Under the pieces are notes generated by a model. That model saw only the letters and a list, made by a program, of their open reading frames with translations. It did not search any database and was not told where the DNA came from. From Mustelus asterias (taxonomy: Eukaryota), in the NCBI RefSeq assembly GCF_964213995.1, contig NC_135830.1:12152001-12216000 (forward strand): a stretch of 64,000 nt of DNA. The letters are read 5' to 3'. Positions 35,456 to 49,415 of the stretch are shown here, in pieces. The stretch's first letter is position 1, and every line of letters begins with the position of its first letter. The position numbers were made by a program, and so were the translations under genes.

Positions 35456-36689
35456 ACTTAAATTAAAACGTAAATATATTAATGTCTATGAATGGTTGGT
35501 AACTGGCGTACAAAATTATGCAACTTTGTGAATGGATGGCAATTGGTGAAAATAAATACCAATTCTGTGAATATTTATGATCTTCTCTTTCTTAATGGAA
35601 GATAGGATGCACTCCACAGGAGATGCTTGATTCAAAAGCACAACACTACCCGGAAAAAAAGCCGCCAGAGGACACTGCAACAACTACAGATATATATACA
35701 TCATTGCCAGTGACACATCTGAAAACATTCATCTGTTTGAAGATCCGGATTATCCTGAAGCACAATGTTGTGTTTTTAATGGAAGATTGACTCTGGAAAA
35801 TATCTGCTTCATATTCCCAATGTACCTATCTTTACCTTCATCAATCTCATCAAGACATTCAACACCGGTAGGAGAGCAGGGACTACCATACTTGGGAAAA
35901 AGTCGCACTCCATCAGGACTCCTCGGTCTCATTCATGACACAGAAAACGACAACATAAAACCACAATTGGTAGCTTCATGGGCAGCATTTGTAACAGAGC
36001 CAACCTCTCAAAAATTGTCCTTCTCAGTCATCAACAAAGGTGACATTTGAAAAAGAAACCACTCTGAAATTGATGTGTTTACTCTGTGTCTATTTTTTAT
36101 TTTAAATGGAAGGACGCCGGTTATCATTGTGAAATTGATTTGTAAACAATATGACGTTTTTCAGACAACGCACACACACACACACACATACATTTTCCTG
36201 CAACTTAAGACTCCACCTTTGCTTCCTGGGGGGCTTAAGAGACAATTACCCCAACTATCTTTCAGATGGAATGAAGAACAAATACATTTTCCCCAGCACC
36301 ATGTTTGCTGAACTGAACATTAAAGGCCCCATTGTCTCCAACAGCGCCCTGGTCAGCATTCCTCCTTCTAACCAAAATGAACAAACATACATTACCATGG
36401 ATTAAGACATTCTGCTCTGATGCTGACCTGGCATCATAGGACCATAGGAGCAGACGTTCCCTTCCAAGCCACTCACCATCCTGACTTGGAAATATATCGC
36501 CGTTCCTTCACAATCGCTGAGTCAAAATCCTTAAATTTCCTCCCTAACGGCATTGTGGGTCTACCCACAGAACATGTACTGCAGCGATTCAAGAAGGCAG
36601 CTCACCATAACCTTCTCAAGGGCAACTAGGTATGGGGAATAAATGTTGACCAGCCAGCGAAGCCCATGTCCCAAGCATGAATAAAAAAG

Positions 36690-37520
36690 CAGACGCAGGC
36701 CATTCAGCTTCTCGAACTCGCCCCCCATTCATAAGATCATCGCTGATCTGTGGCCAAACTCTATGTACCTGCCCTTGGCCCATATCCCTTGATACCCCTG
36801 TTCAATAAAAAAATCGATCTCAGAGATAAATCTAACAATTGAACCAGCACCCACTGGCCTTTGCGGAAGAGAGTTCCAAAAGTCCACCACTCTCTGTGTG
36901 TAGAAATACTTTCCATCAACTCTCCTGAACGGCTTGGCCCTGGTTTTTTTTAAAATTATGGCCCTTTATTCTAGAGTCTGCAACTGTTGGAAAAAATTAT
37001 TGATCCGCCCGATCCTACCCGTAAAAATGTTGTAGATTTCTGTAGGAGAACCCCTCAACCTTCTGAATTCGAGAGAAAAATTCCCAATTTGTCTAATTTC
37101 TCCTCGCAACTTAACCCCTGAAGGCCAGGTCTAATTTTTGTGAACCTGCGTTCAACTCCCTCCAGGACCAAAATCTTTGCAAAGGTGTGGTGCCCAAACC
37201 TGTGCACAGAACTCCAGGTGGGCTCTAACCAGGATTTTGCATAATTGCAGCATAACATCTGCATCGCTATACTCCAGTCCTTTAGATACAAAGGCCAGAA
37301 TTCCGTTGACCTGCTTGACTATTTTCTGCATCAGTTCGTGGCATTTTAAGAAGCTATTCACTTGAACACCCAAATCTCGCTGGGCATCCACTAAATTTTA
37401 CTTTGTGCCTTCTAAAAACTACCTTGATCTATCATTTGGATTATTTGACTTTGTGTGGCATTATCTAAGCGTTATCAATATTGTAAATAATTGAGACCCC
37501 AAGACAGATTCCCGCGGGAC
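36690..37520 (-). mobile_element. Degenerate CR1-type LINE fragment
   Basis: QRDLGVQV and LVRAHLEFCAQVWAP. Confidence 0.8.
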
Positions 37521-38109
37521 ACAACTTAACCTGTATTATTCAGCAACGTACATCTCATCTATAATTCGTTGCACCTTAAATTTGGGGAGTTTCCGCAGAA
37601 GGGGATATGGTATTACATTTATGAATGTGAATTATTTGTATATTACTATCATAAATCATACCTGACAGCGATATATTTACAGTAACTGTAATTGCAGAAT
37701 TTTGCCAGCAGATGGAATTGGCACCTTGATGGTTTACATTACATGAAGAAGGCACTGCCTCAATAAATACTACACTGGACCCTAACTTTGAAGTTCTGCC
37801 ACATGCAGTCCTGAATGGTGATGGACATTTAAACAAGTAACTGCAGCAGGAGCCTCAAACGAAAGCCCCATTTTTAATGATGGGGGAGCTCTGCAAAAGG
37901 TAAAAGAAACAAGACTGAAACAATTGCTGCCATCTTCAGCCAGAAGATGTTCCATCTCGGCCTCTCCCTGATGCCCCGAACATCACAGATGCCAGTCTCC
38001 AAGGAGGTCAACTCATTCAACATGATAACATGGAGGATAGGAACAGGAGTAGACCATTCAGCCCCTGGAGCCCGCTCCGCCATGCAATATGATCATGATT
38101 GATCTGTGG

Positions 38110-39670
38110 CCTAACCCTGTGCTGAAAGCATTGGATACTGCAAAGATTATGGATCCTGACAATATTTCAGCAATAATAATAACGATTTGTGCTCTGGAGC
38201 TAGCTGAGCCTCAGCCAATCTCTTCAAGTACAGCTACATCACGGTCACATACACAACAATGTGAGAATTGGCAGACATGACCTGTTTCAGAAGGTAGGAC
38301 AAACCCAACCCGACCAAATATCCCCCAATGCGTCCTCACTCGATCAACGTAATGGGAACTATGAAGGATCATCTAAAAAACTAATAATAACATAATAATA
38401 GCAATGCTGCTACAACTACAAATACTAGCATTCTGCTGAATGATGCTCTGTTTGGGTCCCACTCGGAGCACTCAGTTCCAGAAATCACTTAAGCTTAGTC
38501 CAAATCTAGTGGAAATAGCTGCTTTAATGAGGTGAGGTGAGAGTGCCGGCCCTCGACATCAACGCAGTACTTGACCGATTGTGGCATCAATAAGCCCGAG
38601 CAAAGCTGCAGTCAATGGGCATCCGGGGAAAAAAACATTCCACTGGCTTCAGTCATACCGAGCACAGAGTAAGATGGTTGTGGCTGTTGAAAGCCAATCA
38701 TCTCAGTCACAGGGCATTTGCTGAAGGAACTCCTCAGGATAGTGCCCTCGGCCTAATATTCACGCTTCAATACAAGATCAGAAGTCGGATGTTCACTGAT
38801 GATTGCACGATGTTCAGCACATTAACAACTTCTCAGATACTGAAGCTATCCGTGTCCGGAAGCAGAAAGACTTAGAAAACATTCAGGTTTTGGCTGTGAA
38901 GTGGCATGTGAAATTCGCGCCACCCAAGTGACAGGCAATGACCCTTTCAGGTAAGGGAGATTGCAATCATCTCCGCTTGCCATTAATGGAATGACTACAG
39001 CCGAAACCCCACTATCATCATTCTGGGAATTGCCATTGATGGAAAATTGAACTGGGACAGCCATGTAAATAATATTGCGACAAAAGCAGGTCAGATGCTG
39101 GGAATTGTGCGCTAAGTAACTCACCTCCAGATTTCCCAAACCTATCCATCATATAAAGGCAAAAGTCAGGATTGTGACTGAATATTCTCCACTTGCCTGG
39201 CGTATGGTCCTGAACCAACCCCCAAAAAGCTCGAAACCACCCAGTAAAAAGCAGGCGGCTGGATGGACACCCCACCAACCACTTTAAACATTCACTCTCT
39301 GCATCACAGATGTACAACTCTAGCCGTGTGAACCATATACAACTTGTATAGCAGCAACATAATCCTTTGGTAGCAACTTCCAAACACATTAACTCTGGCA
39401 CTTAAAATGACAAGGGCAGCAGATGCATGAGAACACAATTACCTGCAAATGCCCATAAAACCTCCATACCGTCTTGACTGGGATCTATATCACTATTTTT
39501 TCAGTGTCAATGGATGAAAATCTTGCAACTCCCTTCCTATCAGCACTGTATGTGTACTTACTCATATGGAATGCAATGATTTAAGAAGAGGGCTCACTAG
39601 CCCATTCTCAAAGGAAAAATTATAAGTGGCAACAAATCCTACTTTACCAGTGACACCAAAACCTCATGAA
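38110..39670 (+). mobile_element. Old degenerate non-LTR retrotransposon (CR1/L2 group)
   Basis: TAKIMDPDNI, PQDSALG and MFTDDCT remnants of RT. Confidence 0.7.
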
Positions 39671-39883
39671 ATGATTTTGAACATGTCATATCTCTGATTA
39701 CGTTCAACTGGCCCCCACGTCTGTTTGTATTGCAACAGGCCATGTCCCAATCACATTACAGCATGTCCTGTCTCTGTTGTTTCTCTACTCGGCTCATTAT
39801 CAGTTGTTCATAAGTGAAGCCAAGGCCTGTTTTAACGATGGTTTCTGAATTATGACTGTGTTGAAATATGTTTCAGTTAATGA

Positions 39884-40165
39884 GGGCGGCACGGTGGCAC
39901 AGTGCCAGGGACCCGGGTTCAATTCCCAACTTGGGTGACTGTCTGTGTGGAGTCGGCACGTTATCCTTGTGTCTGCGTGGGTTTCCTCCGGGTGCTCCGG
40001 TTCCCACTCACCGTCCGAAAGAGGTGCTGGTTTGGTGCATTTTGCCATGCTAAATTCTCCCTCAGTGTACTCAGACAGGCGCCGGAGTGTGACCACTCGG
40101 GGTTCTTCACAGTAACTTCATTGCAGTGTGAATGAAAGCCGACTTATGACACCAATAAATAAGCT
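39884..40165 (+). mobile_element. tRNA-derived SINE
   Basis: gggcggcacggtggcacagtg head; cacagtaacttcattgcagtg...aataaa tail. Confidence 0.8.
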
Positions 40166-43100
40166 TTAAATCTTTAATCTGGGAAGAGACTGTGTCTCAA
40201 TTCCTACTGCAACAGAACCTTTATCTGTGACTCCTATACTGGAGCAACATCCTTCTTGCGTTACAAAAGTTTCGGTCACTGTCATTACACTAACGGTTCA
40301 TTAGATCTAATGAAGTCGACACTGTTTTAGTTAATGCTGCACAAGTGCATGCATTTGTTTATTCAACACTATGCCCTGCCTCTGTTATTATTGCATTATG
40401 TGATCCCTCTAATTTGCTGCATTGTCCATATCTCAGTGTATGCCAGTCTAGATCACATATTCATAATTATTACCAATGCACTTCCCTTTTTCTGAGTTCA
40501 TGTCAGTCTAAATATCGTATCTCCAATCATTAACAATACACTAAATTCTGTCTCAGTTTTTATCAGTCGAGGTACTTCTTCAGTAATGATCATTAACACA
40601 CTGGACTCTGTCTCAGTTTATGTCAGTCCAGAATCTGTATCAGTAATTACTGCTAATGCGCTAAGCTCTGCCTCAGTTAATATCGGTTCAGGCCTGTATC
40701 AGTAATTGACACTATATGTCTCAGTTTATATCGCGCAAGTTCCTGCATTCGGTTAAATTGCACTGGACACCATCTCAGTTTTTCTTGTACTCGTTGATGT
40801 CATCCATATTTTAAAAATATTTCTTTCATGGGATGTGGGTGTCTCTGGTAAGGCCAGTATTTTGCCTTTAACTTCCCACAAAGCACTCGGTACGACCTCA
40901 TTTCTATTTCACTGCATAAGGCCTCTGTTTATATTAAAATAGATCCTGTCTCTGTTAATACTCCGCTTGACCGGAGCTTAGTTTATGATGCACTAGACCC
41001 AATCCTTGTTTATATGACATTTGACCCTGACTCTGTCTATATTTCGCGAGACCAGGTCACTGTTAATACTGCACTATAGTATTCCTCTGTCTGAACTATG
41101 GCTCCATGAACATTACTCCACGGTTCTGTGAGGTAGAGAGATAATATAATGCATAAATATGCTGGGCTAAAAAATCTGTATTGAAACGGAAAGTATTGGA
41201 TCGAGAGTGTATGCTGAGCAGGGTTTGATATCTATTTTCAATGCAGTCAGTAGAATGAGCTTTCAAATATCACTTCTTCTTTTCCAGTTCCCAAGACTAG
41301 TCTCCATCCGTCAGAGTTGTACCTTCAGGAGGATGCAGAGAATCATGTTCCCATAGCCACTTTTCACATTATTGCGCATTGTCCAGTGCAGTAATAACTG
41401 AGTCCGTGCCCAATATAAAATGAACATGAACATGGTCAAGTGCAGAACTAAGACCGCATCCAGTTTAGTACAGAGACAGGTCTACATCAATAAAAGCAGA
41501 GTCATTGTCGATCTCAATATGAACAGAGACATGGTGACGTGTAATATTAACAGAGACAGCATCTAGTTTATTATAAACAGAAAGTACGTCTAGTGTAATG
41601 TGAACAGAGACAAAATCTTCTTTAATATAAACCAAAACAGGGATTAGTTAATTTAACATCAGCAGAGACAGGTCACAGATGAGTGCAATATAGAGTCAGG
41701 GCCTAGTGTCCTATCAAACATTCCAAGGTCAGGTGTAGCATGTGGTTAGGCTGCGAATGTAAAGCTCCCTCCACAGTGCAACATTAAACACTCCCAAGCA
41801 GGTGTAGCACGGGATAGATAAAAAGTGAAACTCCATCCACACTATCTCAATCAAGCATTTCCAGCAAATGAAGACTGTTTAGAAATCGTAAAAACTTCTC
41901 TACACTGTCCATTGAAACAATCGGATGCTGGGACAGAAAGGGTTAGATACAGGGAATGATCAGGAGAAAAGCTCCCTCTATAGTTTGAATTAAATCCATT
42001 TAGTTAGAGGCCTGAAAATAGGCCTGAGAGAATACATTAGCTGGAGTTTGACTTGAAGTTGTTGAGTAAAAACAATGACCCATCGTGGAGAGACAAAACA
42101 AGACACAGAATCAGAGAGGAGAAAGACAAAGAGAGATAAAGCACAATAACTCGTCGCAAATATATTTGCCGTGTCCTTATATTTTGTGATTAGAGGGAAT
42201 CTTTCCTAATTTTGAACATCGATAATCATAGCTTGTTTTGCGCATATAACTGATGAAAACATATGTCCAAAAACAATCACGACTGGAATCCAATGATTGA
42301 TTTGCATGTTTGTCTCTATTTCTGTGCTGTGTTGATGGGGAAATATTTGTTGTGTTTTTGTCAATCAATAAATCTAATCTGGGATTGCTATTTATGTGTT
42401 TATTTACATAAACACCTCACTGGTTACAATGAGATGTTCATGGCAGTAAAACCAGATAAACCGTCATTTATTCATTAGTTTCAATTCAAAATAGTGGTTT
42501 CTTTTAAGTATATTGACAGCAGGTTCAAAATCAATAGAAACTTCGTGAATACCCATTTGACCAGATGCTATTTAATTCAAATAAAAAAATACCCTCTGAT
42601 CAAGAATTTGTTCTGAAAGTTCTGATGTCAGAATAAATAAAACATGTTTGAAAAGGCTGGAATTCCACTGAATGTCAATTTGATTGATGATTTAATCTAT
42701 TGAAACTAGACATGTTAAAACATCAGGCAGAGGAGTGACGATAATCGCATTAATCTCAGAGCTTTTAACATATCAATTCTTGCATTTTATAATAACATTT
42801 GGAAAGGCCTTGCATTTTTATAACGGTTTACCTGACCTTAGGTCGTCCCAAACCATTTCAAACTCACTGATATATTTTTGCTGAAGTTATTCACTGCTGT
42901 AATATTGGACAGACAGCAAGTATTTGGTGCACAGCAAGCTCCCACAAAGCGAGATGTGATAAACGAACAGTCACTTTGTGATTTTAGTTGAGGAATGAGT
43001 GGCAAGGATACTGGGTAGAACAGTCCTGTTATATTGAATTTTATCAATGAGATTTTACATTCTGTCATCGGCCTGAAATAAGAATCTGTTTCACCCACTG

Positions 43101-43429
43101 CTAATGCCCACTGACCTGCCTTTTCTGTTGTTTTACTTTTAGATTTCCGGAATTTACAGTAGTTTGCACTGTTCTATTCATTCTCTGGATATGGGCATCA
43201 CTGACAAAGTCAGCATTTATTGCCCATCCTGAGAAGGCGGTTGCGAACTACCTTTTAGAAATTATTGCCCTCTGGTCGGATTTATTTGTGTTTGACTTTC
43301 TGCAGCAGCTTTGAAACACCTGAATGGCTGTTTTGACAATTTCAGAGGCACGTAAGGGTCAGCTTCATCACTGTGGAACTGGGGTCACATGTAGGACAGA
43401 CAGGCTAAACATAACTTTTTTTATTGATT

Positions 43430-46390
43430 CGTGGGACTTGCACATAACTGGTTGGCCAGCATTTGTTGCCCATCTCTAGTTGCCCTTGGAGGGCAGTTGA
43501 GAGTCAACCACATTGCTGTGACTCTGGAGTCACATGTAGGTCAAACAAGGCAAGAACGGCAGATTTCGTTCCCTAAAGAGGCATGAGTAAACTAGATGGG
43601 TTTTTACAACTATCAACAATGGTCTCATAGTCATCAATAGATTCTTAATTCCAGATAGTTTTTATTGATTTCAAATTCCACCATCTGCCGTGGCGGGATT
43701 TGAACTCAGGTCCTCAGAACATTGACTGAACATTAGTTACATAGAAATTAGGAGCCGGAGGAGGCCAGTCGAGCCTGATCCACCAGTCTTCATGATTATG
43801 GATTATTTCCTATCTCAAGGCCACATTATTGGATTCTGCCCACAACCCCTGATACCATTAAAATCTAATCACAAATCGATTTATTTCTTGAATCTATTCA
43901 ATGGCATGACATCCAAAGCCTTCAGTGCTCGAGCACTCCGTATGTTCACCAGCCTCTGAAGTGAATGAATATTTCCTCATTTCTGTCCTAAATTGGCTGC
44001 CCTATGTCTTGAGACTGCATCCCTGGTTTGAGACTACCTAACCAGCGAAAACGTCCTTCCTTCATCTTGTCTGCCCAGCCCTGTTAGAATTCGGTTAATT
44101 ATTCATAACTTCATTTATTATTAATGCACAAGTAGACATACACTGCAATGAAGTTACTTTGAAATGGCCCTGTGGCCACACTCCAGCGCCTGTTCAGGTA
44201 CGCTGAGGGAAAATTTAGCATGGCCAATGCACCTAATCAGCACGTCTTTCTGACTGTGGGAGGAAAATGGAGCACCCGAAGGAAACCCACGCAGATAGGG
44301 GGAGAATGTGCAGTCTCTGCACAGACAGTGACACAAGGTGGGAATCGAACCCAGGTCCACTGGCATTGTGAGGCAGCCGTGCTAGTCACTGTGCCACTGG
44401 ACCGCCCTCATTTTATATGTTTTGAATGTTTCAATCACAATTTTATGTCTTTCAATCAGATCTCTTCTCATCCGTCTAAACTCGAGTGAATACATGAGGT
44501 GGAGATGCCAGCGTTGCACTAGGGTGGACACAGTAAGAAGTCTCGCAACGCCAGGTTAAAGTCCAACATGTTTATTTGGACTCACGAGCTTTCCGAGTGC
44601 TGCTCCTTCATCAGGTCAGTCAAGTGAATACAGGCCCGGTCGAATCAATTTCGCCTTATAGGACAGTCCCACCAATCCGGGTATCAGCTGCACTCGCCAG
44701 AGTCCCTTTCTTAGGGAGAGAGATCAAATCTACACGCATTACACCAGATGTGGTCTTATGAAGACCCAGCATTGCTGCAGTAAGACTTCCCTCATTCCGA
44801 ACTCAAATCTTCTTGCAACGAAGGCCTTCCTAATTGCTTGCTGCACATACCTCTCCGATTTCATTGGTTGGTGTACAAGGATACCCAGATTCATTTGTAG
44901 ATCACACTTCCAAATATATATTGTTTTGTGCTTTACACACGTATATAACTGTACATTGAACCACGTTGTACTGCAGCTGCCACATGTTCACCCATTCACA
45001 CAACTTGTCCAGATCACATTGAAGCCCCCCTGCATCCTCCTCACAGCTCACAAGTCACTGCACCCTCCTCATAGCTCACAGTTATATATCGCCAGCCGCT
45101 TAGGACATGTTACATTTGATTTCCTTATCCAGATCCCACGGTGGCACAGCGCCGGGGGGGACCGGGTTCGGTTCCCGGCTTGGGTCATTTACTGTACGGA
45201 GTCTGCACGTTCTCCCCGTGTTTACGTGGATTTCTTCTGGGTGCCCCGGTTTCCTCCACCATCCGAAGGACGTGCAGCTTAGGGACATTGGCCATGCTAA
45301 ACTCTCCCTCAGTGCACCCGAACAGGCGCTGGAGTGTGGTGACTCGGGGTTTTTCACAGTAACTTCATTGCAGTGTTAACGTAAGCCGACATGTGACTAA
45401 TAAATAAATAAAATAAGTCGGGATCCTGAAGTACCCCATCACTCGCTGACTGCCACTCGGAAAAAGACCCATGTATTTCCATTCTCTGTTTCTTATCTGT
45501 CACCGAATTCTACACCAATGTCAATACATTATTCCCGATCCCACGTGCTTTAATTTGACCTACTAATATTGTACGAGGAACCGTCTCAAACGTCTTCTGA
45601 AAGTACAAATGCACCACATAGCCTGGTTCCCTTCCCCCTCCCTATTCTATTATTTACAGCCTCAGAAAACGCAAGTATGTTTGTTACGAATTACATATCT
45701 TCCTTAAGCCCATTTTGGCTTCATCAAATTCCGTTAATGCTTTCCAAATATTTTGCTATCATGTCTTTGATAACAGCCTCCAACATCTTCACTGATGCTA
45801 AAGTCAGGCTGTAATTCAACATTTTTACTCTCCCTTCCTTTGTACATGTTGGGATTTCATTTGTCACCCTCCAATCTATAGGAACTGATCCAGAGTGTAT
45901 AGAATTTTAGAGGATGACACCAATGCACCCAATATTTTCAGGGCCATTTCCATTCATACTCTGGGATGTAGATTCTCAGGCCTTAGTGATTTATCAGCAT
46001 TTCACCCCATTAATTTCCCCAGCATGATTTGCTACTAAAGCTGGTGTTCTTCAATGCCAACCAGCTCTTGGTTCCCTAACATTTCTGGGAGGATATTTGT
46101 GTCCCCTTTTGTGAAGATGGAGTCAAGATTTGTGTTCTATTCATCCAACATTTCTTTGTTCCCCATTATAATTTCCCTGGATTCTGACTGTAAGCTACCT
46201 AATTTGTCTTAACTAACCTTTGTCTCTTCAGATATTCAGAGAAGCTTGTACAATTAGTTTCTCTGCTCCCTGCCATTTTCCTTTCATACTCTATTTCCCC
46301 CCTCGCACATTGTGTCTTCTTTTGTTGAATTTTAAAACGTTCCAAACCCTTAGGCTTGTTGCTTCTTCTGGCAATTTTATATGTCTTACA
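43430..46390 (-). mobile_element. Nest of old minus-strand CR1 fragments with inserted SINEs (43430-43725 -, 44110-44408 -, 45138-45415 +) and a Penelope-like repeat (44495-44616 -)
   Basis: Whole block absent from the paralogous position (about 27135); recognisable SINE heads and tails. Confidence 0.65.
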
Positions 46391-49139
46391 AGAAAGAAGT
46401 AAAATTTCCTCTCCTAAAATACATCAGAGAAGAAGATGAGCTTTGGCGAAATATGATTGTTATTAATTAGACAACGATGTTTGATTCAGCTTAATCAATT
46501 AACTGAATTGAAATTTCCCAGTTTCTGGGGTGGAATTTGAACCCTTGCCCGCAGAGCATTACTTCAAGCTTCTGGAATACAAGCTTAATAATAATATTGC
46601 TAAGCTACACCTTAGACTGAAATATCATCACGTCCAATAATGGAACAACTGAACATTCAGCACTTGGTCTCAGGTTGTATCATGAGCTCAGGTATCTGTT
46701 GTGGGAATTGAACACATTGCCATTTGACTCCAACATGATGTTAATTCCACTGAGATAAGACTGTTAACCGATTACAGTTTGTGTTTTGACATGACATTGA
46801 CCTCAGTGTGTCTAAACTCTGAGATCTGTGTCCAATATTGCACTGATGCATTTAATTGTCAGAAGCAAGTCTTTCCTTAGCCTTGAATCTTATTCTGACA
46901 TGATGACATTGATTAATGAGAATCCATGTGAAAGTTTCATCAATTCCGAAAATGACATCGGGAAACATGCGAGGCAGAAGGTGGTGTGGAGCTTGACGTT
47001 CATCATGCATGAGCTGCACTATCAGAACAGCTGAACGCTGAGTTTGTTTCCTTTAGAACAGTGCAGTTTATGGGAGATTTAGTACAGAAGTTCAAAGTTA
47101 TGAATGAGAATCTTTTGCTCATTAGGAAGAAAATGCTATCCATTGGCAATAGGGCCAGTTTATAGAAGACACTGCTTTATTAGTTATTATTTAACTGACT
47201 CAACCCTCTGATTACATTACACCGGTCCATACTTCTATTTATGTTGTACCAGACCCAGTCTTTAATGATACGGCAGCGGACCCTGTCTCTCTTTATCCTG
47301 CATTCGGTCGTTTTTCTTGTTATACTGCACTCAGCCATCTCTCTGTTATGCTACATTAGGTCCTCTTAAATAGTCCTAGAGTGGACCACGGATGTGATTA
47401 TAGTAAGTCGGATCCCATCTCTTTTATATTACACAGGATTTGTCTCTTTACAATACATCAGAACCTGTCTCTGTTAATTCAGCATGGGAGCATGAATATG
47501 TTGCCTGTCGAGCTATTATCAATTACGATACATGTGGGCGTGCCCGTCTGATGCCAATCATTCTTGTTTGGAAGAGTAGGTTCATTTTTTGCTAATATCT
47601 ATAAGTAGCTGTGAGAAACGTCTAATCACTCTGCTATTGTGTGGGTAATATTTAGCGTGAACGTTATAACAATTTCTCAATGATTAACTGGCATTGAGGG
47701 ACAGGTCAATATGAGCAATGGTGCAGTGCTCTTTGCAATATCTTCAGGCAACCTCTGTTCTGATCCATTTTATTAGTTGAATATTGTGTTGCACTATGTC
47801 AATTTGACACAGATTTTAGCGATAATGATTGTTTCGCCTGTCTTATTTTATTAATAGCATTCAACTGACACACTGACGGTATGAGACAGAATTGTGCACT
47901 CGCAATATCGCCGGATGGGCTCCCACAGGCTAATTTTCTAACCAATGATTAATTGCTCATCTGTTTCAGAGAGAAATAAAACGAAATGGCCACAGAACAA
48001 GTTATGTTTGAATAGAATTTAAATATATATATTTTCTGCATTTTCCATTCTTAACTTCAGAATTATTTTTCAGTTTGGGATGTGTTAATCTGCTTAGGCA
48101 CTAAACTCTGTTATTCCCACCCTAAATCTCCTGATCTCCCTTTCCCGTCTAAATCAATCCATAAAACTGCCCCTTTTTTGACCATCCTTTTAGTAATCTG
48201 TTCAAAGATCTCGTTGCTCAAAAACAAGATACTGCGGATGCATGGGATATGAAAAAGGGAATGCCAGAAACACTCAGCAGATCATTAATCATAAATGGAG
48301 TGGTATTAGTGTACTTGTCCATCTCTCTCTCTCTCTCTCTTTCCTCAATCAACACTGCAGTTCATCATCTTGGATTCATAATATTAGATCATATACCGTT
48401 ATCATTGAATTAGAATATGATTCTGTGGAACATACGAATGACCATTTTTTTTATTTCTTACTATAGTACGACCATGTATATGCCTATATTTCACTATACA
48501 TTGAGTTTAGTTTTATTGCACTGCCCCTCCTTCCGCTATTACTGCATTTAACCATGTATTTTTTTTATTGCACAGGAGTTGTCTCAGTTATGACTGTACT
48601 ACACCATATCTCGTTTTATCTTTCTTTCAGCTCTGTGTCTGTATATATAACGCAACCTGAAGTTTAATTTATTAATGCACAGGGCTTTGCTTCAGTATGT
48701 GCTACAATTAACCTTGTCTCAGTAACGTGACACTGTTCACTGCAATAACACATTTAGTGCAGTCATGTACAGTAATGCACTGGGTCATGTCTCTTTATAT
48801 ACAGCATTTGTCTCATTTGAATCATTATTGCAATAGACCTTGTATCTATTTACATTACATTACGTGCCGCTTCATTTATATTACATAAAGACGAGCCGTG
48901 ATATATGCTACAACAATAATCATTTCTGAGCTGTTGTTGCTTAATCAAGAGTCCACATATGTTACATTAGGCTCCATCTCATATATTATTGTTCTAGGCT
49001 GTACGTCATGCATTACTGAGCGCACCCGTACCTCACGGTGCATTACATTGGGTCCTAATAATAAAGCAGGCACTGTCTCAGTTATTAATTTTCTATAAAA
49101 TGCGTTTGATGGATGAGAAAAGAGCAAGAGCAAGCGAGC

Positions 49140-49415
49140 AGGATGGTGCAGTGGTTAGCACTGCTGCCTCACAGTGCTAGGGACCCGAGTTCGATTCCTG
49201 GCTTGGTCACTATATGTGTGGAGTTTGCACGTTTTCCCTGTGTGTGTGTCGGTTTCCTTCCACAGTCCAAACTTGTGATAGTTAAGTGCATTGGAGATGT
49301 CAAATTCTCCCTCAGTGTACCCAAACAGGTGCTAGACTGTGGCGACTGGGGGATTCTCACAGTAACTTCATTGCAGTGTTAATGCAAGCCTACATGTGAC
49401 TGATAAATGAACTTT
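49140..49415 (+). mobile_element. tRNA-derived SINE
   Basis: ggatggtgcagtggttagcactgctgcctcacag head, gagttcgattcc B-box. Confidence 0.8.

Larger units (their letters stand above)
27150..46450. repeat. Second unit of a tandem segmental duplication, paralogous to about 13880-27150
   Basis: Collinear blocks: 14750-16780 ~ 28210-30820; 16790-17330 ~ 32850-34360; 18700-19260 ~ 35620-36180; 19280-19890 ~ 38450-39070; 22620-24300 ~ 39770-41700; 25180-25900 ~ 42020-42720; 26460-27140 ~ 42720-43400. Confidence 0.85.

Noticed and set aside
35600-35980. Minus-strand MKLPIVVLC... signal-peptide-like start suggesting a small secreted protein pseudogene
   Set aside because: The ATG is absent in the paralogue (about 19072), the frame breaks within a few codons, and no family is recognisable.
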